NCBI GenBank assembly: GCA_048882325.1
Contig: JBHLRS010000006.1
Coordinates: forward strand, 32,001 to 96,000
Length of the DNA stretch: 64,000 nucleotides
Reading direction: 5' to 3'
From: Candidatus Thorarchaeota archaeon
GTDB taxonomy: Archaea > Asgardarchaeota > Thorarchaeia > Thorarchaeales > Thorarchaeaceae
Below the pieces are notes generated by a model that was given only the letters and a program-made list of their open reading frames with translations, ran no database searches and was not told the DNA's origin. Position 1 is the stretch's first letter. Every line of letters starts with the position of its first letter. This document shows positions 12,701 through 24,000 of the stretch, in pieces. The position numbers and the translations under genes are program-made.

Positions 12701-15013
12701 TGGATTCCTGAAAGTCCTTACCAGAGTTATAGATGTGCCCTTCTGGAAGAGCACGGGTTCTACACTTGTCCATTCAGCGTCACTTGAGTAATTAAAGTAG
12801 ACCCAAAACGAAAACTGGAAGTCTGACCAACCGTCGAAAATACTTTCGCTATCTATGAAGGGGATATAATTGCCAACCGCATCTTGGAAGTATCTAGCAT
12901 CTCCAATTTTCGCGTTCCGCATAAAGGATGTTTGAGTAGGTGTACCATCGTGGTTATTCTGGCTTGAATCTTCTAAGAACGAGCCATTGCCGGACTGTTC
13001 TGCGAGATGCCAAACGCTGTTATAGTCTTCCCAAATCCGATTCGGATTCTCTAGCATGGCTGCATTTGGAGCTCCATAAGCCATGGTGACTATTGTGTCA
13101 ATGGAAGCAGACAATAGAGGAACTTTCACCCAAGCCACAAGATGGGCATGAGTTGAATTATAATTAGAGTCAAAGAGTTCTATTTCGTGATCTAATGTTT
13201 CTGAACCAAGCATGAACTTGATATCCTCCCCATCTGGTTGAGTATCAGTCTTGAGATCGCTGTCATATATGTCAACCAGAACCGGGAAGTCCTTCAGGTC
13301 TGAGCTCACCTTTGTGTGGTCTATTGTCAAGTCTTTCCTATGATTAAGGATGGAAATAATATCATCTTCCTGAGGGACTAAGAAGTCCACGTAGAGCGTA
13401 GCCAAGTCGTCGCCGCCATAACCAAAAGTCCCCCTAATGGAGTTCCAGTCACGGTACTGGTCCGAGTTCATGTAGTCAATCATGATGCAGATATAGTTTC
13501 CACTATCCCACCCGGGACGGGATACTACACTTTGCACAAGCGAAGACATGTCAGGTGTTCTATATCTGAAATAATTCTCCCAAGAATCCTGTATCCAAGC
13601 TACACTTGTGCTGCTCCAGCTATACCTTTCTTCTAGATTTGGTAAACCGTTTGTGAACGGTGAAACATTGTCTTCCTCAGCTACAAATACCCGAAGCGAA
13701 TTGTTACCTCCACCAAAATAACCTAGCGCTTCCACCTCGAGAGATGCTGAGGTGATTATTGCACCTTGTGGAATATCTACTGGGAACTGGATGCCAATCT
13801 GATACTTGACAACATCATTCCATGATGTACCACTGGAACTCCAAACTCCCACTTCCAGCGCACTAGAAGTGCTAATTCCTGTATCAGATCTACTGAAACA
13901 GTCTCTTGCTGCGCCATCTGGAACATAGGTCGAAAAACTGCCTGATGTGGAGCTAGCTATTAAGGTCTGATTAGCACTGAGCCCAATCTGCTCTGGAAGA
14001 GGTCTGGCTTCGAAAATCACCTCAATCTCATCAATGAACAATCTATTGTTGATGTTTGAGGGTGCGTTTCCTGAGTAATCTGTACCAAGACCAATTGCAA
14101 GTGAAGTTGTACCCGGAATTGGCATATTATCAAAAACAGATGCAGGAATTTTAGCTTCACCTACAATCCACTGGTCTGTCACATATCCACTACTGAAGAC
14201 ATTGAATTTTGCCCGGAACCCACCAACATCTACAAATAAATAGAATATATCATTCATTACCTGTGCACTTGGGACAGAATGATAGAATCTAATCTCGCAA
14301 GAATACACGTCTCTCCAAGGCAACTGTAGGCTTTGGCTTAGATACAACTCCATATCAGTATTAATTGGTGTTCCTAAAGAGATTAGAACGCTAGGCCTCC
14401 ATCCCATGGAACTTTCTCTACCGCTCCCTGCTGAACTGTACCAGTACAGACTTCCATGTGTTGGATGAGTTGTAGAATCACCATTTTTCGATATTGACCA
14501 ATCATCTGGAACATTGAAAACCTCTGAGTTCCATGGTGAACCAGATAATATATGTCGTTCCTCATGATAATCATCGAGAAGACCATTCTTCACTGGTTTG
14601 ATCACTGTGGAAAGATACTCTAAGGACCCGCTCATGTCAGTACCAGTCCAACCTAACGGTGCCTGAATAGAAACCGGTGTGGGTGCTGATGAATCGAGCA
14701 TTACAATGCTTTGCGAATCATTGGAAAACAGGCCCTCATACGTAACTGGTTGAGCCGCTCCTGATGAGCTGTATGATTGTGATCCTTCTGTAGTCCAGAA
14801 CTGATTCGGTATGTTCTCGCTGGAGAATCCTCCACTAATCAAGTCAGCCTGATTTGGGTTGAGGCCTACAGGGGAGCAGAAAATCAAGAGAAAGATGCAC
14901 GGAATAATAATTCTGAAACTAGTGCGTTTGTACTCTTTAATTAAGGTCCTATAGCTTGATGAGATACTTAATCGAGATTTCTTGTGATAACCGGAGGATT
15001 CGATTAAACTCAT
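3020..15013 (-). CDS. Giant type-I membrane surface glycoprotein (3997 aa): DNRLRE-like domain, 1x DUF2341+LamG module, long Ig-like stalk, C-terminal TM, cytoplasmic tail with 4 helical repeats
   Basis: Hydrophobic N-terminal signal (RIIIPCIFLLIFCSP). IPQGAIITSASLEV. HRKDLTIDHTKV..FPVLVD..DGEDIKF..HEIE..WVKVP and VWHL..IDEFR..WIQTEYENQ. Many ~100-110 aa beta-rich repeats with GxY and N-x-S/T sequons. TM YGSAFAIFLILFGVVWV. Confidence 0.9.
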   Translation of the reverse strand: MSLIESSGYHKKSRLSISSSYRTLIKEYKRTSFRIIIPCIFLLIFCSPVGLNPNQADLISGGFSSENIPNQFWTTEGSQSYSSSGAAQPVTYEGLFSNDSQSIVMLDSSAPTPVSIQAPLGWTGTDMSGSLEYLSTVIKPVKNGLLDDYHEERHILSGSPWNSEVFNVPDDWSISKNGDSTTHPTHGSLYWYSSAGSGRESSMGWRPSVLISLGTPINTDMELYLSQSLQLPWRDVYSCEIRFYHSVPSAQVMNDIFYLFVDVGGFRAKFNVFSSGYVTDQWIVGEAKIPASVFDNMPIPGTTSLAIGLGTDYSGNAPSNINNRLFIDEIEVIFEARPLPEQIGLSANQTLIASSTSGSFSTYVPDGAARDCFSRSDTGISTSSALEVGVWSSSGTSWNDVVKYQIGIQFPVDIPQGAIITSASLEVEALGYFGGGNNSLRVFVAEEDNVSPFTNGLPNLEERYSWSSTSVAWIQDSWENYFRYRTPDMSSLVQSVVSRPGWDSGNYICIMIDYMNSDQYRDWNSIRGTFGYGGDDLATLYVDFLVPQEDDIISILNHRKDLTIDHTKVSSDLKDFPVLVDIYDSDLKTDTQPDGEDIKFMLGSETLDHEIELFDSNYNSTHAHLVAWVKVPLLSASIDTIVTMAYGAPNAAMLENPNRIWEDYNSVWHLAEQSGNGSFLEDSSQNNHDGTPTQTSFMRNAKIGDARYFQDAVGNYIPFIDSESIFDGWSDFQFSFWVYFNYSSDAEWTSVEPVLFQKGTSITLVRTFRNPTGWPDDYASFQPDIHFDIGGATYLNVLVKRQTWNFVVYKYESTGDGTLRAYSFADGVLQDSKSDSSIGLGDRLRDASNIFMLGSYGGGQVHLGGIDEFRTMMGYKSASWIQTEYENQYDPSSFLSVGSEQSVLYGQSATLSFTTDASSVVGILPRMKLNVTTQSSTLDENMVSGTSFFVANGTGVTWTANVLASPPQGVSDLRMILTNPVDWTLTKVIDAMGRNRLLDISTTGVQITVPSSVLDVPGVWSFTFTSNNEASFLECGANAGAYGNTVTLQTGDLAKFRGTATVIPGSAMQLQLIDPSGQVFYSSDDLSQDGSGQFEWTGISVTGSWPNGFWEVHVDFNDTADLSPERVGRYSRLFIVEHASSLDLLSPDDAIGDGISVRTAGELLEVEVQLTDIETAQNVVGSTVMMNWSVLGIETQIQFEDYGNGIYGKTLNTSDLGQPGNWRLDIVSSHPLLVDAATFFDLQLSHNTVLTYETPPSAPYGDDFLIRVNLQDAITGVYYAGATITSNGTINGVTDYNNGTYIVNIDSTGLNFGTHCFVINANPSQMYVIDSSVEANVQYRKIETDLVQVEVNPVSTPWGENATIILEWQDVDHSSIGITGGVLSSDGIFQYTDLLDGRYSIEIDVDSYSIDIYLFNFTIAGTNYKAGEVTVAVAIRPHRTTVVASYDGTIPLGSNVTVTLSLLDLDAGNTAITGNLSSVLAEWTGGSASYGSLQFLIETQDWELGTYTIDLTVFTTTTPRYYYDGTTAILLNIKKLTTMILWDNIGVFPVGDDFEIITYVTVNESSSAFDNMPVNGLLQSHFTVRDKNGTLYNIKTFSPQSAGTYVITLDQSYFPGGTYGIRIFISFGVSENYSNVQTPIISFQFTQARCDLSSPDFPLLTISYSTNAVVTLEFVDIDRGQGIDTATFTVIGAAKLGQELITSGRYRVTIETDTWGIGVYTVSFTASAPNYEDKIISIDIQVRQIRTYATATVGALEIPVGDTQTFYVDYIDMDHDLPILTVSHSCNWTPVHYDIVWVGNRYSVTINTFDTDALALYLLVFDFSFGAEYESASFNVTVVIRSIRTELRLLSPVDDTTSDGTINISVYYGDRDHLQGIVSSDVQCTVWNATHQLATTWDNDTARGDGYYTISIVALQFGGIGVQQLTVYFNWTGSIQKYENRFLSITVEIVGADTELTLIEAALPSPCLDYMTYTFLYSSPSTGGITNDTFNVFISVEFVGVTVDLSQVDIWEIDSVNRKGEYSIGFNNSIISGTGIFSMKVLINWSANVVPFYTNRTDLISVRVLPRTASLSIIPPTSVPYGENATFSFTYEDTTGGLSSPIDYNPAAMTVLLDVPDFTLSYNALEELYIVSFNTSQLGAPLGDRQLFLNLTWSGLPFYSNVTGRIIDITLIERQTLLTYPTPPLTPFGNNATFTVTFVDIAGSASKMVIGATIDIYFGVTVVPSSHVQITDLGSGEYLVNLNVSYFGKPGLYSLRVEASSVQFYYQARSATKTLEVSFRDTLLTSEPVGSIPYGSSFSVVLYYQDLDSLFAIGNDTGVMTSLEILNGSNWIFTCTWRPSQQNYLLTVETSNQVIEIGRTYHLWLNFSSEFEAPFYQWNEILVPFEIHERDTSLDLISSPSQTHYQDYVNFTILYKDILSSSGITGGTINLYFGLALLQPTVDYEISETSPGLYAFSLDTSALGPPGVKTITVVANWSAGPPHYQDAQRNINIPVTERSASVEIVFPPGQILYLDNMTLDFAFVDLSTGESVVVVISDVKIYSDTSLLAYGEYVIQQIGSIFRLKINSTVISAILVSDWNITIQIEWTTGAPYYKDDATSVFVDIVGRLGNIELGQIEETPFGDLMNVTLMYTDQSTGDPIEGAIIVFDCFEAPGLIEGVDYWVQMGTGVDSGKYTIRVSTSSLGSLGTFSFDIEVQWSALVVPYYMTAFAPEAEGLVRAIQTSVSSDLPSPSVVAFYEDVSFVLQFLDTDHGQPINGAEGQISLIYESTGLAPSSWSVLALGSGQYNITLSMVDSLTVGLQSVLVTINHSQYEIAETSVVFGLRKRVAGLSAVIAPTNYAGYTTSAMIYLVDYDADDNPLAGASLTLTWGDLSSYIDLGDGSYNLTLQTGSLSHGSQILSVQANLLRYSISSLNVEINLLAVPSELIVTWSGPRATSDIYWGEPLTIFAAINDTLRNQTVSIATITYDWDGYIDSFVPTGVPGNYTAILDTSLGVISDTIIVRIEGSAPNYIDASYQLVFRLLPRPMEIIPEEGYVFTVSYGATAVVEVYLEDILDGTYVSEATLVGSWVYDTNLTVTEISGEQGHYRLQIPTGNAGYGSYQIRLRASKYNYGNASATLIMAISKIQMVVWLDNATLSYEYTSVYWSDIVRIGVYVLAPALNATHPYSTGLDGLNVTWNSPELGTNGTLVNGPIIGGPGYYYYDFDTSQGIAALHTFIISANSPNQDYERADNSTSIYVRNLEATILSPGTDEFVWGGTGFVNVTYYDSYHAQGIQADFSAFSWAGGSGSAVYLGEGIYGIPVDTSKLNPGTYTITVEFRKANYEDEELTIRIHIASVPTDISILLPELYRIGDSWTTLQVPYGDTLTVTMLYNDTYGARGIPDAISNNSFYTGPRVYEEPLILSDHGNGNYSFAFNTLDWGLGATILFNIQFMLENHTTAVFVFEITIIKIQTSLQVEGPSALSLHWGMNATFWIYYSDAWLGHSGEGITEARIIVDNSEPQFATVEYLGPDESRDGYYQFRVLAKRRAGVTEVTIHFNKTYYETASVMISVSVSPSEEDLALQNAMTYGSAFAIFLILFGVVWVRILRVPKIIRIISGQVRQLRRSRVPKPARGVRSRQSLVAELFNELHDPVGIKREASQIPAESVKIEVPEIDELIIDLAILTEMTQQELDDFKFEISKMKLSQQTSFVREVISQEAIRVAGIQNKSVEQVMEEVVAERRKRIGGAAIVAKPDIYAVVEEDADISEPEEEGLDIEHQLRELELNTMTEQLEKRGIPEHEIESFVTQARELPKDVVQMLLQSILAKEKPKPVEEKVEHLTEEEIENLRSELIKRKASDREIESIVEQARSLPKELALEFFKKTEKPKKMKRRKKVVTLTEEECADLEAELVRRKVPEIEIEAIMKEAETAPKEKIEEFVKSLDDTKLEIPIQESEFEDKLTDFEIEDLRKQLENRGLPPEEVNNIVKQAKNLPSALVDDLLKSIDEDLKSRKK

Positions 15014-18000
15014 TTGTCTCCACCTCCTTCTCCTAAGATGCTCTTCAGAAGTTCTTCAGCAAGTTCCTTTGGCAGTTCTCTGGCCTGCTCCATGATTGTT
15101 TCAAGTTCACTTCCCTTAATACCCGCATCCACTAATTGCTGACGTATCTCTTTTAGTTCGTAATCACTAAGCATGTCTTCTGAAACGACTTCTTCGAACT
15201 CTATAGGTTCTAGAAGACTTTCTTCTTTTTCATCAACAATCTTTAGTTCGGCCTTCTCCATAACAAGTTCTGGTCGAAAGACTTCTTCAATATCTTCTCC
15301 TGCAAGAATAGCACGTGCCTTTGCTGCAGTCTCTGCTAGAATCAACTCCATCGGTTTTCTTTCTATCCGTCCTTGTTTGATGGCTTCCTGGTTGATTACC
15401 TCCTTGACAAAAGCAACTTGCTCACTCAATTTCATCTTTGAAACATCAAGTCTGAAGTCTTCAAGTTCATCATCAGTCAAATTCGACAGGATTGATAATT
15501 GAACAAGCAACTCTTCTATTTCAGGAACCTCAGAAGGAATCGCTTCACTTGGAATAGATGAAGCTGTCTTTGTAATTCCAATAGGTCCAGCAATATCATT
15601 GAAGAGATTTGCAACAATCTCCTGTCTAGTGGGAACATTATCTGGTATTTCAGGAATCTTTCCTTTACTGATGGTCTTTACCATCTTTCTTATCTCTCGT
15701 AACCGCTTTGGTATACTGAAAAGCCGAGTCCATAAGACAGCTCCAACCAACAACACGAATCCGATAGGTGCGCCATATATGATTACTCGTTCTATAAGTA
15801 TGTCAAATTCTGACGGTTCCACAGAAATTGCTATGGACACACCAGCAGACTCAAAGTTGTCTTTTGACAGAATAATCGAAACAATTGTTGAGCCTTGGGT
15901 TCTTCGAGATCGTACTCTGATTTCATACCAACCTGGTCTGGAAGAATCAGATTGGTTCAGTGACACAATCACATATCCAGTGTCGAGAGGTGTTGCGTTT
16001 ATTGACCCTCCAGCTATACCCTCACCTGCATGACCAACCCATGCGTCATAATAGAATACCCAGATCGTGTACTCTTTTCCATAGCTCATGGTCAAAGAAG
16101 AAGATCCGTCAACTTGGAGACCTGTTGGAACATTGATGATGGTGATCTGTACTTCTACTGTGGCCCGACTCCAGTTTCCAAGATAGAAGTTTAGAATAAC
16201 CCTATATGGGCTATCACTTACAATCCAACGGCTCGTATCAAACAGTAGGCTGTAGTTTCCATCAGAAATTTCCTCAATCAGGATATAATCCCGTTCAGGA
16301 ATCTCAAGACCAATAACAACCCCGGTGATCTCAGTTGCACCAGGGATGCCTCTATTATACCATGTGTCATTATAGAACAGAACAACTGGAAGTACATCGC
16401 CATAGGGAACTTCCAAGATTAGAGCATCCTCGTCAAGCTGATTCAAGGTTGGTGCAAACACGCGGATAGCTGTAGGAACCTCCTTGACATTGAGTGTAAA
16501 GACCCCTGTTCCTATCTTGTAGTTGTCCAGTATGAAGCGGACAGAAACCGGATAAATTCCTGGTGTTACCAATGATGCATTGATAAACACTTGATAGGTT
16601 CCATTACCAACATACCTGAATGTATTTTCAAGACCATTCCAATCTACGATAACATCTGCACCAGCAATTCCTCTGTCAAATAGGAGGTCCCAGTAGGTGA
16701 GATTAACCCAACCTGTCCAACCCCATATCTTAGGACTTAGGTACGTTGATTCAACTGATGTTTCGATTGGTTCGATGATTAGTGTAGTAAAATTGCTGGA
16801 ATAAGCAAACATACCAATGTTTGGGTGTGCTGTGATTCTTAGAGTGTATGTTGATGCAGAATAGTCGAAGGTATTGAAATCGAAGTAGAAATACCCTGGA
16901 CCTCCAATCAATGATCCATTCAGGAATTCACCAGTAAAAATTGTTCCTGACAGAGACCACTGCACAGTGCAGTTTGCTAAGCCAGTTGATAATGGATAGG
17001 ATACATTCAATGATGGCGCAAGGACATATACTCCAACTCGAATTATGTCTGACCAATTGAAGGTACGAGTACTATATGTCGAGGTTAAAGCATCAAGCAT
17101 GACAACGGTTGATATCTGTTTGATTTTTACACTTACAGACGTAGTTGCTGTAACGTAGTTTGTTCTATCAGCTCTTACTGTAAGAACATATTCTTGAACA
17201 AACAGGTCATTAGTGTCAACAAACCCAGTATAGTATCCATCCAATCCCGGAACTGGGGAAAGAGTAATGCTCTGTTCACCTTGAGCAACCCAAGTCACTT
17301 CGACAGTCGCTCCCAGCAGGGGAGTATTAGTATAGGTATTATTGACATATACAGTGATATTCACAGGAGTGCCTTTGAAAACTTCTGGTTGGGTGTTACT
17401 AACAACAGTCAACTCAAGTGAAAGTTTCAATACATTCACAGTAAGTTGACCAGTTATTGTTTCATAGTTATTGAGCGTGGCTGTAATTGATACAACATAG
17501 GTTGTGGCTACAGCGAGATTTCCGGAATCAATCGTAATGGTGTAATTCCCCGGATCTGTTACCACTTCGGTAAGACTGCCACTCAGAACTCCAAACTGAT
17601 ACTCAAGATTTGCACCAGATATCAGGATGTTATCTCGAGTATCATTAAAGATGGCCCAGATAGAAACATCTTCACCCCAGTAGACATCGGGGATAGTCTG
17701 AGGTAGAATAAGCTCTGTGGAAATGCTTAGGATTTGAACTGGTACTGAAACATCTGAGATGAAATAGTCACTCTTCTGTGCACCAACAACCAGTGTGTAG
17801 AGGCCTGAATCAAGACTAGTTGTAGTCAGAGTAATATTGTATAAGCCTGGTCCAATTGACACGTAATCTGGTGTGTATCCGATGTCTGGCCATGTTAATG
17901 TCAGAACGGCACCATCAATCGGTGCATAACCTGCATCAATGTCAACGAGCTCAACAATAACATATGTTGTTTCGCCATAGTATGTGGCTGGAGCTACAAT

Positions 18001-21000
18001 TTCATTCAATTCTCCTTGTCGGAGTCGGATTTGAAATGGAACTTGAATCTCAACAGTTTGATAGTCCATGAATGATAGTGTTATTGTGAGTGCATTAGTC
18101 CCCGTTACGCCAGCATCAGAGCAATCCACAACCAATTCGTATACCCCTGGTGAAATTGGGATTATGCTCCAGGTTGAGGGTCCAGATGTGTTAGTCTTGT
18201 AGGTTACCGAGAATGACCCCTCGGCTCCAATGATTGGACTAGAATGATCCAGATCTTGAAGATTCAACACAACGGAAACATTGTCATGTATTGGTACAGT
18301 AGATGGATTTGGTTCTTCATTCGTGAGTTGTGTTTGAATTAAGCGAACAGTTCCTTGGAGATACAACATTGTCGTGTTTCTATAAAATGGCTCTAGGGTG
18401 GGGTTCCATAGTAAACGAAGGGAGAAAGTGAATGTTCCTGTGCTGCCAAGACTTGTAGTATCAACAAGTATCGAATAATTGCCATTATTTTGGAATACCC
18501 AGAAATCAACACCCTCGATTAAGCCACTTGGGCTAAGACAGTCGAATAAGACAATTGCATTATTGATACCTGCGCCAGTCGAATCATCAACATATCTAAA
18601 TTCGAGTGTCATATTGTCATGTATTGGAACAGTCGGCGATGACTCGCGAATTACAATCCCAACTCTGTTGACCACATTTACCCATGTGGATACCCGCCCA
18701 TCTGCATAGTACGGTGCAACGTTATCCTGCCACTCTATATAGAATGTAATGTTCCAACTGCTGATTAATCCAATTTTCAATATTGACGAGTTGATAGAAA
18801 CTTCATAACCAGGGCTTCGATACATCATCGAGAAATCGTTGCCCTGCAACGGAGTTCCTTCGCTATATATCAGCAACTGATCCTTGTTGAACAGTATTTC
18901 CTGTCCAGTTGAATCATCACTATATCTAATTGTGAAGGTGACATTCTCAAGGTACCTGACTAATGTTGTAGAAGTCAATATTTCTGTAATTGAGTTTCTC
19001 TTTGTGACACTCAGAGTGAGGCTTAGCACAGATGTTGAGTAGTATGGCGGGGCTGATATCCATGACGCAGTTAACTGAAGATTAACATTTGTCCCCGCTG
19101 GTCCTATCGATGTTGTATTGAGCGAAATCGAATAACGACCAATTGCTGGACTTTGTAGTAGGTAATCCACTCCTTCAACTAAGTCCGACCCACCAATTGT
19201 CAAAGTGATAGTGGCGCCAGCGATTCCACTCAAGGATAGCGTGTCCTGGTAGTAAACAGTAAAGTTGATCTTCTCAAGATACTGTGTTGGTTCTGGTGAT
19301 GATGTAAGTTCCAGATTTGTAGTTCGCTCTCGTAAGGTAAATGAAATAAACGCTTCAGAGGACAGATAGAACGGTGCCGCGTCTGGATAGCTGAGTTCAA
19401 TCCAAAGAACATATTCTTTGTTTATCTCAAGAATTTGATTGTATGTCTGAACTGTGAGAAGATAATCTTCTGAAGCACCACGCCAAACTGAGCTGAAGAT
19501 CCATGAACTTCCATTAAGGATCTTGATTGTTGTTGGTGTTGAAGTGTTACCAATATCCGCTAGAGTCAACACATCACTATAGTGGAATACTATTTCTAGG
19601 GAGTTATTGTATGGTGTTTCTGCAACAGGCTCTACTAGAACAACAGTTAGTCTGTATTGTAGACTGAGTGTTCGTGTTGCAGCGACCAGTGCATAGTAGA
19701 AATGGCTTGTACTCATTTCTATCGTAATTGCATAAGTTCCCGGATTTGAGAAGTAGGTTGTCTTAAGCTCTATTTCATAATCTCCGTTTCCGAGTGGTGA
19801 GAATGAATATTCAGATACAGGAATTTCCTGTACGCCATTATAAAGGGTGACTAAACCATCGTCGATTGTTTGTGATGCTCCTTCTGTGACATCAGTGAAA
19901 GAAACATGTAGTGTCACATTGTCGCCATAGGGTGCTGGACTAATTGCTGAGTAATCAAACTCTGTTTCACGGAACCTAACACTAATGATGACATTTCTCC
20001 CCGTCACATTAGTATAGAATGGTGACCCTGTCCAAACAACACCTATACTAAATTGTCTAGCTCCGAGAGGAGCTCCTAGAATACTTGTGTTGAAGGAAAC
20101 ATGGAACTGTCTTATGGATTCGTTATAGGTGATGGTATAATCTGGCAGACCAATAGTTATCGTCATCTGACTACTGTTTGCTACACTGTAAGCGATGCCT
20201 TCTGCTACGTCATCGAATGAAAATGCGAAGGTTGCGTTGACACCATATGGAGTACTCTCTGGAGGTATTAAATTGACCACAGTGCTTCTTGGAATGATCC
20301 GCACCGAAACAGTATCTGTCCAGTTACCATAGCCTGGATCAACTCCTTTCGACCAGTTCACGTACACAATCATGGTGTATATTCCAGGTTTTCCAAACAT
20401 CGTGCTGTTGAACATGATTGAATAATAACCTGGATTTCCGCTATCCTCAGTAATTGTATATAGAGAGGGATTGAAAGAATAGCCAACAAAATTAACATAG
20501 ATATGCACATTTCCTGCAGGTGCAGACACATTTGAAATTCCAATCCCACTGTAAAGTTCACTGTAAACATATGTATAGGTTAAGTTACCTAGGTACGGCG
20601 TAGGTTCTGCAGAATCAAACAACTCAAGATTTGAAGCCTCCCCTATTATTCTTATGGAAGCAAAAAGGGACCCATTGAGGTATTTCTGGACAGGTCCTGT
20701 CCAGTTGAAGTAGACCGTGAGATCGAAGATGCCAGAACTTCCCAAATTAGTTGCTGCGAATCGAATTATGTAATATCCATCTCCTAAGACTGTATCATTT
20801 TCATAAGTTGCTGGAATCAACCCCGAATCACCGTATACAGACAGAGCGATTGGAGCCTCTGCAATTCCAACATCATTGTCAAGGTCACCACAATAGACGG
20901 ATATATTGACCATGGCATTGTAGCTTGTAGGTTCGATAGCACTAGCAAGCCTGAACTCAGTTAAATGAGTCCTGACAATGATGCTTAGATTGAAGTAACC

Positions 21001-24000
21001 AGTCTGATAATTCGGACCTTTAGAGAAGGTGAACATTACCAAGTAACTACCGAGACCATCTGTGTCCGTACTTGGTAATTCGATTCTATACTGGTCACCT
21101 GTCCAACTAATACTCAAAGAATACGTCCAGTTATGGTTGATAGTTGCTCCGAGGATAGGTGCGTCATGTGTGATATCCCAATAGTCTGCGTAAAAGACTG
21201 CAGTGTCTCCAACTGGCAAATCTATGATAGAAACTGATGATCTAGCGTAGGCATATGCAATTTGGACAAGAATTTGAAAAGTCAGTGTTTTTGCTTGGTA
21301 TCCGTTTGCATCTGCTGTTAGATTAACCTCATGAGTACCGAGGTCCCATCCCTGTACAATGATCAGAACCTCATACACTCCGTTTCCGGTGTGTCGCCAG
21401 ACAATCGATGCCCCCTCTGAAGTTATTGTACCGATAGTTATGTTCTGTACATGATCAATGTCAACATACGACAATGTGACGGTGACATTTGTGTCAAAAC
21501 TTGTTGTCACTGTAGGATAGTCTGGTGATGATAGATATGTAAGAATCGGACGGTATGAAAACGTAACCTCTGGTGTGCTGCTGTCCGTATAGTTTTCTGC
21601 TGGCAGGAAATCAACAAAGACCTTTATCTTGTATTGCCCTTCAAGAAATCTTGTACTATCAATTGTGATTTGATAGACCCCTTCTCCGAGGTTTATGAAA
21701 CTCTCGAAGGTGTAAGGGTTCCCTGTTTCGTTAGTAGCACTAAAGTAAGACTGGTCAAGTCCCGTAATTGGCGTACCATCTATTGGATTTCCCGGCTCAC
21801 TGACGTTCACGTATACAAACATCACAAAGTCATTTCCATTTGGAAATGGCTCAAGCGGATCCCAACTCAGGTATACATTCAGTTTTCGAATCTCAAGTTG
21901 GATTTCGAGGTAAGAATCCATATAGAATCTCGGAGCTCCAATTGCATTGATTGTCACATTGATTGTATACGACCCAATGGCCCAACCACTTGTATCCAAC
22001 CAGAAACTGAACGCAGGGAAACTATCGCTTCCTGTGCCCCAATCCAGATTCACCTGACTCAGATTTCCACCACCAATTGATACTGAGTAAAGGTCCAAAT
22101 CCAGCCAAGAAACATCAAAGTACGCATCAGTGCCCACTGGTATTGTTGAGTTATAGTTTATACTTGGTGTTGTTCTATGGGCTAGAATTGTGATACTTAT
22201 AGTTGACATTGATGATTGGTAATTCTGTTTTGAGAATGTCAAATTGAAGTAGTAGGTCCCAGGAGTAAAGGAACTGACATCGATTGTTAGGCTGTAGTAG
22301 CCGCCTCCATCGTCATTAAGTTGAGTCTGAACAAATGGGGATATTGATATTGAGCCTCCATCAACTCCAATTCCCGCATGGTCAACATCAGACCAGTATA
22401 TGCTAGTATTAGCCTGATGTCCCCATGGCGACTCAACAGCATCAGGGTTAAGAGGGGTTACTTCAGTAGCAATGCCTCGATAATTGAATTGAACATCAAT
22501 ATTACTACTCAGTAGGTATGAAGTACTTGGGGATGTCGTGAACCTAAATGTATGTTCTCCAACGGAGAAACCTGTACTATCAATTGTTACTAGATATGTT
22601 CCATTTCCATAATCTGTTGGTAAACCTAGTATTGTCGCATTACAAGAAATAGTGGCACCTGTCAATGGGGTATTATCGAATTTGTCTCTAAGTGTCAGTT
22701 TAACCTCAAAATTACCTCCATATGGTGTGTCCTTAGGCGGTTCGTACGTGAGGAAGGTTCTATGAGAGAGATCCAAATAGAAGAAGTCTGTTGCATTTGT
22801 ATAGAATGGATGTGATGACTCAAGATCTAACCTCCATCGCCCATAGCTTCCCAGATCAGATGTATTGAGTGTCGTCCCATATCTGCCATCTCCATAGTCA
22901 TTGAGCTGGACATTAGTTGGTACTCCACTAACACTCCAGTTCATCGAAACTTCTGCTCCACTTAACATTGCAGTAGTCAATGTATCTTTCAGTTCAAACT
23001 CAACATAGAGCTGTTCTCCAATGAGTTTGGTCGAAATTCCATCTGCTATCGCATCTCCAGGTGCTATGAGACCTAATGAAGTCCCACGTTTCACAATGAA
23101 ACTTCTAGAAAACGTGCCCACCCTGTAATTTACATCAGAACTGCTATCACTATATCGGGCTGATGCATGCCAGACTCCTGCGGGAGCAGAGGCATCCAGA
23201 TTAATAGGGGCAGATTCCGAATATCCACTAGTTTCTTCCGAACTGACAGAATAGAAAACACTTGGATTATTCTGGTTCTCGAACTCAGTATTAATCCACG
23301 CACTAGATCGTGCAATATCGGAAATTCGCACTTCATCGATCTGCCCTATCCATGGGAAGGTCCATGCTTTTCCCTCTGGCTGGTCTGCATGCCCAATTCG
23401 GAATGAATCCGGAAGGGCTGACAAGATATTTGTTGTCATCTCCATTGTTGCTGCGTCTTGGCTGCCATCAATATAGAATTTCACAAGGGAGCCATCATAT
23501 GTGGCAACTACATGGTGCCACCCATTGGGCGCAATAGTCTGACTAGTACCCAAATCATAGGTGCCACCAGTAGGTCTAGGACCCAGATTAATCCTCATGT
23601 TTTGACTATTCTGAGACATGGTAAATCGATATCCACTGTACCACCCTTTGTGATTGAAGGGACCCATATTTGGATGTGTAGCGGATGGATACTGCATCCA
23701 AAGCTGAAGCGTAATCTGGTTGCCCGTAATATCAAGACTAGTGGCATTCCCACAGTCGATAAAGTGATCTGTGAAGTCTTGTCCGTAACCAATTCGTGTT
23801 GCCACCCTAGATGGTACATAACTGACATTTCCATCACCACCTTGCCCATGGTTATTGTAGAGGCTACTGTCTGCATATTCATCTACAAGTCCTGCACCAA
23901 TCTCTCCAAGATGCCAGACTCCTACATAGTTCGAATCCCAGACCGGTCCTGATGCATAAACTATAGGAGCCAATGGATTGTCGTAGTACATACTGATTAT